Source of the DNA: Octopus vulgaris
Taxonomy: Eukaryota
Assembly: GCA_951406725.2 (NCBI GenBank)
Contig: OX597824.1
Coordinates: forward strand, 37,386,001-37,450,000
Direction of reading: 5' to 3'
DNA length: 64,000 nucleotides
The first letter of the stretch is position 1; the number at the start of each line of letters is the position of its first letter. Position numbers and translations under genes: made by a program. Of this stretch, positions 1-13,200 are shown in pieces. Below the pieces are notes generated by a model. That model made no database searches, was not told the origin of the DNA, and worked only from the letters and a program-made list of their open reading frames with translations.

Positions 1-407
1 GAAAATCTTCCTGATAAAATCTCTAAAGTAACAATGTGTATATGTCAAGGAAAACTGCAGTGACATAAACACACAAAGTTACCATTATCAAAAGTTTTTC
101 AAATTTGTTTTCCCATTCTATAAAATGTCAAAAGTGTAAAATATTTCTATTCATCTTGATTGTGTATCATTTCATAAACGACGGTCAAAGGCAACATTTT
201 TTTTTCAACTGGAGTTGCTGCTGTACTATTTACACCCTGACATAAATAGCATTTTACTATTGAATTCATATTGATTGCTGTGCTGGAGGAGATAACATCA
301 AGTAAACTGTCTTTAGATCTTAACAATATTAAATTAATAGTTCTAATAGAAATATGCAGCACACTAGGAAGTTTAAATTTTTAAAGAGAAAACTTAATAT
401 AGTTTAC

Positions 408-565
408 ACTCTCGGTGTGGTTGGCGTTAGGAAGGGCATCCAGCTGTAGAAACACTGCCAGATCTGACTGGCCTGGTGCAGCCTTCGGGCTCCCCAGACC
501 CCAGTTAAACCGTCCAACCCATGCTAGCATGGAAAGCGGACGTTAAACGATGATGATGATGATGA
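408..565 (+). mobile_element. RTE-like LINE 3' tail fragment with (GAT)n end
   Basis: Nearly identical to the 3' ends of the RTE copies at 28098-28252 and 29578-29740 (ttggcgttaggaagggcatccagc...aacccatgctagcatgg...gatgatgat). Confidence 0.8.
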
Positions 566-1442
566 AAACTTAATATAGTTGGTGTTTGGGACTTGTAGTT
601 GCTGGAATAAAGTTTAGCCCCTTATTTCCACGTTGAAAGCACATTTAAGTCCAAATCTTAAAGTAACAGGGACATTTTTTTTTTTCCTTTTAACCTGTGT
701 CAGCAAAGAAAAAAGTATTATTGATCTCTTGAGACTAAAGTATTTCTTGTAAATCTATTTGGTAAAGTAGGAAAGACAGAAATTCAGAATGGATATTAGT
801 TGTAAGCACTGGTCTTATAAGCTCCTGAACATTTCACACTCTTTATACTGAATTCCTGGGCCAAATTTCCCTCCCTAAACTCCAGCATTCCCCACCTCCC
901 ACCTAAGAAGAACTGGGCATTTATTGAGTTTTACTAAACGTCACCCAATTTCATGATTCTGTCTGCACTATTATACATGTTCTGATCATTATCTCTCACT
1001 TCACAATCATTTTCACATAGAGAATCACTGATTTCCACCATAGTTATCACCTGTTTGTTCTCCTCTCCAGAACTTAATATTTCAGCTGTTTGCTGATCAG
1101 TTAATAGCTTTCTCTAGGCCATTCCTGGTGATTTAGATTCACAAAAATCTGTCTATTCATGCAAATACACAGAAATATTTCTCATGTTACATGTAGCCTG
1201 TGATTGGCCAGAAGTCGCTGAGTAATTTATGTATAAATTCGGCTACTTAGAGCAACAATCAATAGTTCAGCCTCTATTATTCAAAAGGTTAATCACAGTT
1301 CTATGTTGTGCTACAAACTACTAATGGTACATTTTTTTCCAAATTTTAATAAAGACCCTGGCGGTTAATCTTTTGTGCTATTTGGCTTCTTTTAAACGTA
1401 AACTTTTGTTTTTCTTTTTTTTTCTTTTCCTTTTTTTTTTAG

Positions 1443-1605
1443 GAGTCCAGAGTGTGCTACAATAAAACAGAAAATGATATATACAAGCAGTAAGGCTTGT
1501 CTCAAGTCAAAACTTCAGGGAGTTGGTGTTGAAATTCAAGCAACAGATGATTCTGAATTGGAACAGACAGTTGTTTTAGAGAAGTGTCGTGACAAATCAC
1601 AATGA
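1443..1605 (+). CDS. CFL: ADF/cofilin family gene, terminal coding exon (upstream exons outside window)
   Basis: A polypyrimidine tract and AG acceptor end at 1442. After one phase base the exon reads SPECATIKQKMIYTSSKACLKSKLQGVGVEIQATDDSELEQTVVLEKCRDKSQ* (TGA 1603-1605). This matches the cofilin C-terminal signature (W)SP..A.IK.KM.Y.SSK..L...L.G...E.Q.TD.SE. Not in the ORF track. Confidence 0.9.
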
Positions 1606-3945
1606 TATTCATGGCCTGAACTCTTCCAACCACCTTCAGCACAAATTGTCTTCTACTTATTATTTTTTTAATATTTTCTTTGATCTAAATTTTAATGTAA
1701 ACTTGCTGCCATAACTGCAAAATACCAAAACTATTTAGACTCCTACTACAAGAATTTTAACTTTCTATTTCAACAATTCATTGATTCATTTGAAAAAATG
1801 TTACTGGTGCCTTTGAACTACTGGCAATGTCGACACAATGAGTTACCAATACCAAAAAACCTCCTGGTGGAAAACTCATTGCAATTATTTCAGGATAATA
1901 ACAGCAACCACAATGATAGCAATACTGGCACAGATATACGAATTTGTAGATTAGTTAAACAATTAATTGTATTTGGTAAATTGTTTGAAAGCAAATCAAC
2001 ATGTTTCTTGATTAAGAGATACAATGCTGAAAAAAATAAAAAAAATTCACTTATTTAAAAGTCTTCTTGATATTTTCTCCATAAATTTGAAATTTTTCTT
2101 TAGACTTAAGAGAATATATTAACTTTGTGAAAGAAGGTTAAAATTACAGATTTAATAAATAATAAATATTTGTTTGGGTTTAATGACAAACTACGCAATA
2201 AGTCTATCTTTTATAAGGAATAATATTTAAATTAATCACAATTTTAACGATGAAGATATGTACATATTTGGAATAATTATCTTGACTTATCTAAATTAAT
2301 ATTTTATTGTTGTAACAGAACAAAACAAAAAAAGACAAACACTGAATTTCTGCTTAAGCCAAGAATGTTGACTTCTGTGTTTGTGTAGAGAATGAAGCAA
2401 AATGTTGCTTGTTATTCTGTTAGATCTACTGTTAGATGTTAATTTCAGGGACTTGTTTATTTACATAAAATGTTTAAATGTTATACATATATTTGACACA
2501 TTGAAATAACAGTTGAATATCTCTCTTGTTAAATTTCCTTGTTGAAAGTTTGTTGGTGGTGAAGGTATTAATGATACTATATACCTATGGCTGTTATTAC
2601 ATCTTACTAGCTTGTCAACAGCAATACCATGCTCTTCACGGCCCACCGGCCTGGTATTGTTGTATGTCAAATCAATTCCTTATTTAATTCGTTCACCATA
2701 TGAAATATGATAAACTTATTCAAGACTTATTGTAGGTAAAACAATCCAACTCATTTTCTAAATATGTGCCTTCCTCACTTAAAATCTTTATAATTATTTC
2801 AATATAAATCATGTGAAGACAAGACTGGTGTTGTTACTTTGTACTATAAAATTGCTTGCATAAAACTCCAAAATAAAATCTGCAACAATCCACAAGTATG
2901 TTTAGTTTAATGGAACTTTTCAGACTTTTTATAGTTGATGTTGTCTATTGTTTGCGTTAACCACAATTATTACAACTTGTTCTGCATTAATACTTTTGTG
3001 TTAAGAATTTTGTGTAATATTTAAAAACAGAAGACATACTGTTTGTTTTGTTTTGTTTTAACTAAACTATTTGCCTCTCAATCAGTAGAATTATGTAAAT
3101 CATCTGCCCCTTTCCCACTTCCTTCATAGAATGGTTTGTTTGGAAATACAGGCTTGAGATCTTCTAAAGTAGAATTTATTTCCTTTCAGGAATCTTGTAA
3201 TTTTGAAGTGAGATTTGAAGTAAAGGAGAAATTCTCTCTTACAGTTTAGATGTACTCTCATCTGGAATGGTGTCCACCGGACTAATTCTTTGCCATATTT
3301 AGTGTTAGCCCAATATAGTTTAAATTCCACTCAGGTTGACTTTGCTTGTCATCACTTTGAGTCGAAGGCATGGGGCAATAAAACAGGTACCTGTTATATA
3401 CTGGGGTTTATTGAGTTGCATTAATTCCTCATTGACAAGAAATCAATATGTCATATCTTTGAATTAGTTTTATTTCATTTTTACTCCAAATTATTGTTTA
3501 GGAATTCAAACTGTTGTGAAAACTTTCTGGAAACAACAATTTCTTAAAAACTCTGGGGCTTCAAATTGAGTTTGATTTTTTTTTTTTTTTTTTTTAACCA
3601 AATTTTGAAGGCTATAAACAATAGGTGCATTTTAAGAGAAGAAAATAAAAACTAGTTGTGCAGTTCTGCCTTTGTTGTTGGTAACTCAAATTATTTCTGT
3701 TTCTCTTGAGATAAACTTGAATGGAGTTGGAAGAATTCCTAATTTACTGCATTCATTTTTGTCTGTTAGGCCAAAGATTTTCAAATTTTAATCCGAAATT
3801 TCATTGCTTTCCTCATGGATCACCAGTAATATCTAAGAGGAACTATTTCATTGCATTGCTTCTGAATTCAGTGCAAAAAATATTTGAATAAATAAAATAA
3901 ACTGAATATGAATAAAATATTTTAACTTCTTTGTTTAAATAAAGT
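1606..3945 (+). other. Probable 3' UTR of the cofilin gene
   Basis: Repeat-poor, U-rich sequence follows the stop. AATAAA clusters lie near 2155-2167 and 3887-3943, the latter followed by a U/GU-rich tract. The end point is inferred. Confidence 0.5.
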
Positions 3946-4574
3946 TTTTTTTATTTGCTTGTTTATTTTTATGTTACTTTTGTATTTTCTGTTTCTATAT
4001 TGGAACAGACACCTCTATATTATAATAGGATGGACTCCTATATATACTTTGCCTTCTGACAAAATTTGTATTGTGCTAAATCAAAGAAAGAATTATTTTG
4101 TAATACCATTTAAAATATTTTGTCATTTAAATGCTTAATAATTAAGCTAATTCATAATATTGCTTTTAAGCATTGAGGAATATCACTTTTACAGCTGACC
4201 TAGGCCTGGTTTAAATTTATGTCTTAAATTTCATTTGTGTGGAGAGAATCAGTTGTGTCAGTAATGACACCCTTTGAGCATTTTAGATGTTTTCTCATTA
4301 ACAGTGACATGGTTAATTATTGTAATCAGCAAACACAGAAACAACTCTGCTGGTTGATGCTGTAATCATTAAAATAGGCTTTTCTGTTAGATTTCATGAC
4401 CTACTAGGATACCAGGAAGGAAACATTGTGTATAAACAACCAAGATAGCACAAAAGTAGTTTGATCACCTATTACCATGAAAATGGCTGTAGAATTTTTG
4501 ACAGTACAAATTCTCGCTTACTAGCTATCACTTGTATATACATGTAGCTTAGTCTGAAAATAAAACTATACTCT

Positions 4575-5012
4575 TACTCTACTCTTGTTTCAGTCATTTG
4601 ACTGCGGCCATGCTGGAGCACCGCCAATTTATATAAATATAAATTTAATATTTATATTAAATTAAATGTTTATTCTTTGTAAGCCTAGTACTTATTCCAT
4701 CGGTATCTTTTGCCGAACCGTTAAGTTACGGGGACGTAAACACACCACCATTGATTGTCAGGCGATGTTGGGGCGGGGGGAACAAGCACAGACATGCAAA
4801 CATATAAACACATACATTATATATATACACACACGCACGCGCGCGCGCGCACATATATATATACGATGGGCTTCTTTCAGTTTCCATCTACCAAATCCAC
4901 TCAAAAGGCTGTGGTTGGCCCGAGGCTATAGTAGGTGCCATGCAGTGGGACTGAACCCAGAACCATGTGGTTGGTAAGCAAGCTACTTACCACACAGCCA
5001 CTCCTGCGCCTA
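4575..5012 (-). mobile_element. tRNA-derived SINE, family A
   Basis: On the minus strand: A box (TGGCTGTGTGG), B box (GGTTCAGTCC), internal (TA/TG)n and a LINE-like 3' tail. Many near-identical copies occur in the window. Confidence 0.85.
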
Positions 5013-5211
5013 TACTATTATTATTTTAATGTAACAGAAAAATAATTGGTCCTTTTGCAGTGTTTCAGCAGTGATTATTCCCTCAGCAAAAATGATGGAA
5101 CCTTATTCTTCAGCTGCTCAGGAAACTAGTAATCTGATCACTAAGGTAGCACTAACTTCTCGGGATATAACATTAATAGTCTTCTGGATTTGCATATCTA
5201 CCTATCTGTCT

Positions 5212-6035
5212 TATCATTTAATGTCTGTTGTCCATGCTGGCATGGATTGGACAGTTTGACCAGGGCTGGAAGGCTGCACCAGACTCCAGTTTGATTTGGC
5301 ATGGTTTTCTACAACTGGAAGCCTTTCCTAATGCCAACCACTCCGAGAGTGTAATGGGTGCTTTTGCATGACACCAGTATCTGTCATGACTGCTATTTTG
5401 CTCAGCTTGATGGGTCTTCTGAAGCACGACATAATGCCAATGGTCTCGGTCATTCCCTCTGTGAGGCCCAACACTCAAAAGGAACTTGGCCACTTTACCT
5501 CCATGAGGCCTAAAGCTTGAAAGAGATTCAGCAACTTTGCCTCTTTGAGGCCCAATGCTTGTAAGGAACTCGGCCACATTGCCTCGGTGAGGCCCAATGC
5601 TCAAAAGGAACTCAGGCACTTATGCCTCTGTGAGGCTCAATCTGCCTTTCACTCTGAAAGAGAAGCCCTTTGTTGCCAGCAAGGGTAGGAGCTCTCTGAA
5701 CTTTGCCCAAAGCTTAAACTGGGTGCATCTTATGAAGTTTCTACCTACACCTTTTTAATAGATTGAGCAGGGCCATCTACCTGAAGGAATTTGTGATTTG
5801 TCTATCTTCCTACTTACTAAGACTTTGCTTTTTGCTCGGTTAACTCCAAGGCCCTTCGATTTTAGATCTTGTTTCCATACCAGGAACTTCTCCAGTTGTG
5901 GAAGTGATTCTGCTATAAGAGCAAGGTCATCAGCCTAGAGGAGCTTCCAGGGGCAGCCTGTCTTAAATTCCTCTGTTATTTCCTGGAAGACTATGATGAA
6001 CAAGGGGGTGTTGAGCACTGATCTTTGGTGAAATC
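5212..6035 (-). mobile_element. Degraded, internally deleted RTE-like LINE with a 42-bp tandem array
   Basis: The minus strand has RT remnants (HQRSVLNTPLF...LL*ADDL), an AKFRELLP-like segment and the family 3' tail. Five 42-bp repeats lie at ~5450-5640. Confidence 0.75.
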
Positions 6036-6314
6036 AATCAGGTTTAACATCTCAAATCCAAGTGGTTTAGGACCAGACAAATAGGGAACTTTCTGAACCA
6101 GTCACACTTGAGGTGAAGAAAATGGCGAAGTACTTCATAGACTAATAACCTAGTTCCATTTACTGGATCTCTTAACAAACTTCTGTGGCACAAAATTAGT
6201 AGAAAAAGCAAAGAAAAATAGGCCTGTAAGTACCTGTAAAATAGATATATAAAAAAAACTATTTACTTTATCTTTTATAGTAAATCATTTTCAAAATGTA
6301 TATAACATTCAATA

Positions 6315-6515
6315 TTAACCTTTTAGCATTTATATTCTGTCAAATGTAATCAATACTTATTCACATCATTTTGAATTTGTCCTGTATTATCTCATAATTT
6401 TGAGATTGTTTATTTTTAAAATTACATTCTAGGCTAGCTGTGAGAGGCCAGTTTGAACACAAAGGAAGTAGAATATTTTAGCTGAATATGGCTGGTTTAA
6501 ATGCTAAAGGGTTAA
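6315..6515. mobile_element. piggyBac-type MITE
   Basis: TTAA (6315-6318), then CCTTTTAGCATTTA ... TAAATGCTAAAGGG, then TTAA (6512-6515): short TIRs with TTAA TSDs. Confidence 0.75.
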
Positions 6516-7411
6516 GTTGATATCTCACCGCATTCTGAGTTAAAATTCCTGCTGAGGCCAACTTCGCCTTTCATCCTTTTGGAGTCAATGTAATCGACTT
6601 TCTCACTCCCTCTGAAATTGCTGGCCTTGTGCCAAATCTTGAAATCTATCAAGTAGGTCTGCATCTTGGTCATTGGGCGGGATATTTGTGGCTGAGATGC
6701 TACAAAGAGGATTCTGGATACTTTTCTGGTGTTGCAAAATATTCTTGTAGGTTGATCATTAAAACATGTCTTGTTTTTATATATTTAGGCTTTGGCACTA
6801 AATTTCTGAGCAACTTTATCAGCACTTCTCACTTCGCACATGATGTTGCTTGTTAAAACAATGAGACCAAACCATTCAAATGAAATATTTTAGCTAGTTT
6901 GATGATCATTTCTCCAGAAATGCTCTCACAATCATGGCAAACTACAGCCTGTTGCACATGTGTTGCCTTCTATTAATGCTGTTTTTCTCTTGGAGAACTT
7001 TCTTACTTTCATGTAGTCAGCTCACTTAAGGGGAGGGAATCGCTTCTAAGTTTTTTGTTTTTTCTTATGTTGAGAAATCATTATCAGAGAGTGAAAAGAG
7101 CATAAATTATTTCCATATAATTCATTTTTTAAACTTTTCAGTAGTTGTGGACAGTAACATTTCGTCCTTGTTCTGGGCTCCACAGCACGATATAACTCAA
7201 CATTATAAAATTAGTCTAAAGTCTTTAAAAACAATAGATTTTTTTCCCCTCTTTTAACAGGGGAGAAAAGAAGTGAAGAGAGAAAGGCATATGTTTTTGA
7301 AATAACTTGCATGTTTTTCTCTTTTTTTATTCTACAGTTCCAGTACCTTCAGTGTCAGAAAAGTTTTCTCTCATTGTTTCTTTGCATCAATCACTGTCTA
7401 TAGACCTACAC

Positions 7412-8226
7412 CAGTAGTTTTCAGCTGGGGCTTATCTAGGATTTTAGGGGTCCACACTAGCAAAATAGTAAATTTGGGGATCCACAGTAGTGTTTTAAAG
7501 GTCCATGAAAAGGTTTCATTTAAATGTATGTACTGCAGGAAATGTGGAGGCACGTGGCTTAGTGGTTAGGGTGTCAGCACCATGATCGTAAGATTGTGGT
7601 TTCGATTCCTGGACTGGGCGACGCGTTGTGTTCTTGAGCAAAGCACTTCGTTTCACATTGCTCCAGTCCACTCAGCTGTTAAAAATGAGTAACGCTATGA
7701 TGGACTGGCGTCCTGTCCAGCTGGGGAACACATCTGCCATAGAGACCGGGAAATGGGGCCCATGAGCGTGGCTAGGCTTTAAAAGGGTGCATTTAGTGGA
7801 GGTGCGTGGCTTAGTGGTTAGGGTGTCAGCATCATGATCGTAAGATTGTGGTTTCGATTCCTGGACCAGGTGACGCGTTGTGTTCTTGAGCAAAACACTT
7901 CATTTCACGTTGCTCCAGTCCACTCAGCTGGCAAAAATGAGTAACGCTGCGATGGACTGGTATCCCATCCAGCTGGGGGGGACATACACCATAGAAACTG
8001 GGCCCATGAGCCTGGCTAGGCTTTAAAAGGACGCATTAATTTTTTTTATTGCAGGAAACGACTAGGTTTCTTTCTCTACATAGTACAATCTATACAAATA
8101 ACTAAGTGAATAACAGGAATTTTGAAAGAAGTATCAAAATTAGTTTTTAAATATTGAATTTGTTATAGGGTCTGCCAGTATAAAATAGTAATAAAGGGGT
8201 CCATACATAATGGTTGAGAACAACTG
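7412..8226. mobile_element. hAT/Charlie-like non-autonomous element interrupted by a SINE dimer
   Basis: Termini CAGTAGTTTTCAGC ... GGTTGAGAACAACTG resemble CAGTGGTTCTCAACC TIRs. No clean TSD. Confidence 0.5.
7544..8040 (+). mobile_element. Head-to-tail dimer of a tRNA-derived SINE (V-SINE-like central domain)
   Basis: Two ~250-bp units (7544-7795, 7796-8040), each with A box TGGCTTAGTGG and B box GTTTCGATTCC. Flanked by an approximate TSD, TGCAGGAAA. Confidence 0.8.
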
Positions 8227-8385
8227 ACAAACCAATTTCTACTGCGTTATTTTTTTTTTGTATTGACACATTTTATAACAGCTAATGTCACATGGCTGTT
8301 TTGATGTATCACTGTCACTTTCACTTCAAGGTGATCACTTCAGGAGTATATTGGAGGGTGAACGTAGATAATGTCTGTAGTTGCA

Positions 8386-8745
8386 GGCATGGCTGTGGTA
8401 AGAAGCTTGCTTCCCAACCACACGGTTCTGAGTTCAGTTCCACTGCAAGTCACCTTGGGCAAGTGTCTTCTATAACCTCAGGCCAACCAAAGCCTTGTGA
8501 ATGGATATGGTGGATGGAAACAGAAAGAAGTCCATCATGTATGTATACATGGGTGTGGCTTTGTAGCTCTGTCTGCCACCACTGCCCAACAACTGGTGTT
8601 GGTATGTTTACATCCTCCATAACTTAGAGATCAATAGAATAAGTGCTAGGCTTTAAAAAAATGTACTGGGATTGATTCATTAAAATAAAACGTCTAGGCA
8701 GTGCTCCAGCATGGCCACAGTCTAGTAACTGAAGCAAATAAAAGG
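8386..8745 (+). mobile_element. SINE family A, diverged copy
   Basis: Same head and the same cagcatggccacag...ctgaa tail as the family A copies. Confidence 0.75.
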
Positions 8746-9046
8746 CCTCTGTAGTAGGAGCTTTGGTGAACATAGTATGGGGTGCTACAGTTGGCCAAAG
8801 CCACTAATGCAAACCAGTGACCACTAAATTCAAATCAGTGAACTTCAGCCTGTACGTGCTTGTATAGAACTTGATGTGTTATGTGTGAATCAGGACTATT
8901 AATGCTATACTAGTGAGACCTGTGATTATTACACAGAACTAATGGTAAACTTATGGGTTATTTGGCTTCATCCTTTGGTCGAACTTGACATTTGAATGTT
9001 TGATCATGAGCTCAATTCCGACATAAAGGCGAAGCTGAATAAAATT

Positions 9047-9470
9047 AAGGCGGCGAGCTGGTAGAATCGTTAGCACACCGGGCGAAATGCGTAGCTGTAT
9101 TTCGTCTGCCATTACATTCTGAGTTCAAATTCCACCAAGGTCGACTTTGCCTTTCATCCTTTCAGGGTCGATTAAATAAGTTCCAGTTATACACTGGGGT
9201 CGATATGATCGACTTAATCCCTTTGTTTGTCCCCTCTGTGTGTAGCCCTTTGTGGGCAGTAAAGAAATAAGAAACGTTTAGCACGCCGGGCGAAATGCGT
9301 AGCTGTATTTCGTCTGCCGCTATGTTCTGAGTTCAAATTCCACCGAGGTCGACTTTTATCCTTTCAGGGTCGATTAAATAAGTACCAGTTATGCACTGGG
9401 GTCGATATAATCGACTTAATCTCTGTGTCTATCCTTGTTTGTCCCCACTGTGGGTAGTAAAGAAATAGGT
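9047..9470 (+). mobile_element. Tandem pair of tRNA-derived SINE family B
   Basis: aaggcggcgagctgg...gagttcaaattcc...gtcgactttgcctttcatcc...gtaaagaaata occurs twice; the second copy is 5'-truncated. Confidence 0.85.
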
Positions 9471-9764
9471 AATCTTATGGGTTATTTCTGAAAACTATCC
9501 AAAAAGCCTGAAAGCGCAGCCTCTGTTTTGACTGTATTGGAAGATAGTTGCTCATTTCTATTCATTGAAAAGTGAAATAAGTTGGAACACAATGACTACT
9601 TAATGCACTTCATATATACACTTATATATACTTTATGCACAAATTTATAGACTCTCCCTTTTTACCTTACTCTCTTTTTCTCTCCTTTTTCTTTTGCTCT
9701 TCACTTTTCCCATCAACTAATCATGTGAAAGCATTACAGATGGGCAAAAGCTCTGCATTTCACT

Positions 9765-10143
9765 CACCACCACCTCCCCTATTTACTATGACGTTACTAC
9801 CATTGAACCCCCATAAAACATCTCCAGCTGGTTTATTCAGTGTATTTCTCGCACCCAATATTTATTGCAAACGGGGATAACTCCTGCTGCCCTGGCTTCA
9901 AGACCACCAGACCACATGGTTTCAATCTATTGGATCTCCTCAGTGGTAGGTACTCCACCACCTCCCCTATTTACTATGACGGTACTACCATTTAACTCCC
10001 ATAAAACATCTCCAGCTGGTTTATTCAGTGTACTTCTCCCACCCAATATTATTGCTAACGGGAGATAACTCCTGCCGCCCTTGCTTCAAGACCACCAGAC
10101 CACATGGTTTCAATCGATTGGATCTCTTCAGTGGTAGGTACTC
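9765..10143. repeat. Tandem duplication of a ~188-bp unit, with a third diverged piece at ~10330-10455
   Basis: ccaccacctcccctatttactatgacg...cagtggtaggtactc is repeated directly. Confidence 0.85.
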
Positions 10144-10459
10144 AATGTCAAGCATAGCAGTTTACCTCGCAATATATAGAAAATACAGTGTTATACAATC
10201 ATTGATTTTGTAACTAGGAAATTAGTCTATTTGAAAACCTCTGTTCAAGATAGAAGCAGTATACAAACCAAAAAGTATTGCTTATAAATCCTTAAAAATG
10301 TTTTAGCCCGAAGGCCGCGGTCACTTTAATGTGGCTGTCCTCTAAGAGATGGTGATACTACCATTTAACCCCAGGAAGATATCTCCTCCAGCTAGTTTTT
10401 TTTTAAGGTGCTTTTTGCACTCAATATTTAATGCAACTGGGAGATAACTCCTGCTATAT

Positions 10460-10492
<33 letters not shown>

Positions 10493-11404
10493 AATTAGAA
10501 AAAAAACACCTTTTATCAATTCAAAATGAACAATTAAATTACACCATCTAGAAAATTACATATAATAGAAATATTAAAAATAAAATAACAATAATATACC
10601 GATGATTAAGTAAATTGCAAAATAATAATAATAACGTATATATATATATATATATATACATATATATACATAACATCCATTTTTCCATGCTAGCCAGGCT
10701 TGGACAGGAATTCATTTTGAGGCAGAATTTTATGGCTAGATGATCTTCCTGGTGCCAACGCTCACCTGTTTTTCAAGTAAGGGATTTATTTTTATTCCTC
10801 AGGTCTTCACAAACCCAGAAGAGACTGATTCTAATGTCAACAATGAATATAGACATTGAGTATTTCATTCCTATGGTGACCAGAGAGTATCATTTACATG
10901 TGCACTCACACACATATACTATAATGGGCTTTCTACAGTTTCCATCAACCAAATTCACTGTCAAGGGATTGATCAGCCCAGAGCCATAATAGAGAAACTT
11001 GCCCAAGATTTGGCTCAAAATTCAACCCCAAATCATATGGTTGGAAAGCTAACTTTTTTACCATACCCATTCCTATTGATATATAAATATATATTCATCA
11101 TCATTTCTGGCATGGGTTGGACAGTGTGACCAGAGCTGTGTGTGGTGGTGGGGTGGGGTGGGTTGCTGCACCATTCACCAGTCTGATTTGGCATGGTTTT
11201 TATGGCTGGATGCCCTTCCTAATGCCAACCACTTTACAGAGTGTGCTGGGTGCATTTATGTAGCAACGCACAGGTGCTTTATACTACCAGAAGGATCGGT
11301 CTTATCACTTCTGCTGCAGAGTACAGTCAGGTGCCATATCCATACTTATATATATGTGTGTGCGTATATATATATGTGTGTGTGTATTTAGATATATATA
11401 TATA

Positions 11405-11670
11405 TAGTGGTTAGGGTAGCGGACTTGCAGTCGTAGGATCATGGTTTCGATTTTCAGACTGGGCGTTATGTTTATTGAGCGAAAACATCTAAAGCTCCCC
11501 GGCAGGGATGGTGGTGATCCCTGCTGTACTCTTTCACCACAACTTTCTCTCACTCTTCTGTTGGCCGGCTCGTTTAGCCAGAGGGGTGGCGTCATTTGAA
11601 GGCTAAAACAATGCGAAGTGCATTGTTACCAGCGATGTGTAAGCAACATCTGATGGCCTGGTCAGTCACA

Positions 11671-11678
<8 letters not shown>
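11405..11678 (+). mobile_element. tRNA-derived SINE with RTE-1-like tail, inserted in (TA)n
   Basis: Head tagtggttaggg...ggtttcgattttc. The tail ccagcgatgtg...ctggtcagtcacagtgata resembles the RTE end at 40313-40370(-). Confidence 0.65.
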
Positions 11679-11708
<30 letters not shown>

Positions 11709-11771
11709 TGTATATATATATATATATATACACACATATATATATATATACACACACACATATATATACAG

Positions 11772-11814
<43 letters not shown>

Positions 11815-11891
11815 TATATATATATATCTATATATATACACACACATATATACATATACATATATATTATATATATTATATATATATATAT

Positions 11892-13200
11892 ATGTCTCCT
11901 ATCTTTTCTCTTGTCAAACTATATTACTCCTGCGTTCGCTACCTTACCTTGTCTGGCCTAACAGCCCTCCATGGTTGTTTCCGTTTGGTTTGTTATATCT
12001 CCACTGTCCTGTTTTTGTTACCAACTTTGACCCTCTGCAAATCCCAAGTTTTATTTTGGTTCATGGAGTCTTGCTTTGTGTTTGGTGGGATTGGAAAGGA
12101 ATTCTGTATTATGAGCTTCTCATAAATACTGCACACAACTGGACGAGTTAAAAGCAGCAATTCAAGAGAGACGCCCAGAATTGGCCAACAGGAAGGGTGT
12201 TGTTTTCCAACATGATAATGCAAGACCGTACGTTTCTTTGGGAACTAGAGGAAAATTGCTGTAGCTTGGCTGGGATGTGTTACCCCACCCTCCATATTCA
12301 CCGGATATTGCTCCTTCGGATTTCCACTTATTCAGGTCTCTGCAGAATAGCCTTAATAGTAAAAATTTCAATTACTTGGATGACATAAAAAGATACCTTG
12401 ATGAATTCTTTGCCATGAAACCACCTCAATTCTGGGAAAAGGGTATTTTCAAGTTAAAGGAAAGATCGAGATGCATTGTGCAACAAAATGGTTCATATTT
12501 GGTTAATTTAAAATGTAATGGCAAGTATTTATTGACCTTTTTCTTTCCTTTAAAAATCGGTACAAACTTTCCAGACAACCCAATATTATTTATATTATCA
12601 TATGATTGAATGCCACACATCCATTTCCAAGTAAATTTATCTTAATAATTTTGATGCAACTCTACCTTGTACTGTTCTCTCTCTCTTCTCTAATTCTTTT
12701 TTCTCCCCTTCACCATTTTCTGTCTGTTTGTCTGCCTCTCCCTCTTCTTTACTCTCTCGTTGTTCCCACGTGACCATCATCCATCTTTCTTTTCCTCACG
12801 TGATCATCTTTCTTTTCCTTCAGTCTGTTGCACAGACCAGATGCATTCTTATGTCTCCTATCTTTTCTCTTGTTAAAGAACATTCCTCCAGCATTCGCTA
12901 CCTTACCTCATCTGTTTTTGTTCTTTGTTTGCGTTCGGTTTCCTTGTATGTCTCCACTGTCCCGTTTTTGTTACCAACTTTGACCCTCCGCAAATCCCAA
13001 ATTTTATTTTGGTTTGCGGGAGCAACTGCTTTTCAAAGCCTCATATTGTTGTTAATTGCTCAAAATGTGGAGTAGATGAACAGCCGACAATAGATGAGGG
13101 GTCATTCTTTATGTTACTTGTCTTGTTTTCCATTTGCTTCTCTCGTTGTTTGTCTTCGTATTTCATGTTTACATTTTGTGATGCCCTGTACCCATATATG
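11892..13200 (+). repeat. Direct repeat (11892-12062 / 12851-13013), probably Penelope-like terminal repeat sequence, flanking the mariner piece
   Basis: atgtctcctatcttttctcttgt...ttgttaccaactttgaccctc...caaatccca is present twice and ends in (TA)n. The family assignment is inferred. Confidence 0.5.
12063..12585 (+). mobile_element. mariner (DD34D) transposon, 3' half, pseudogenised
   Basis: Reads [17 protein letters not shown]...VFQHDNARP...[30 protein letters not shown], with D34D spacing and an in-frame stop. The right TIR ends ...ACAACCCAA + TA (12584-12585). Confidence 0.92.

Noticed and set aside
7544-7620. tRNA-like sequence with A and B boxes (also the heads of SINE families A and B)
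   Set aside because: No full cloverleaf; it continues into multi-copy SINE bodies with TSDs.
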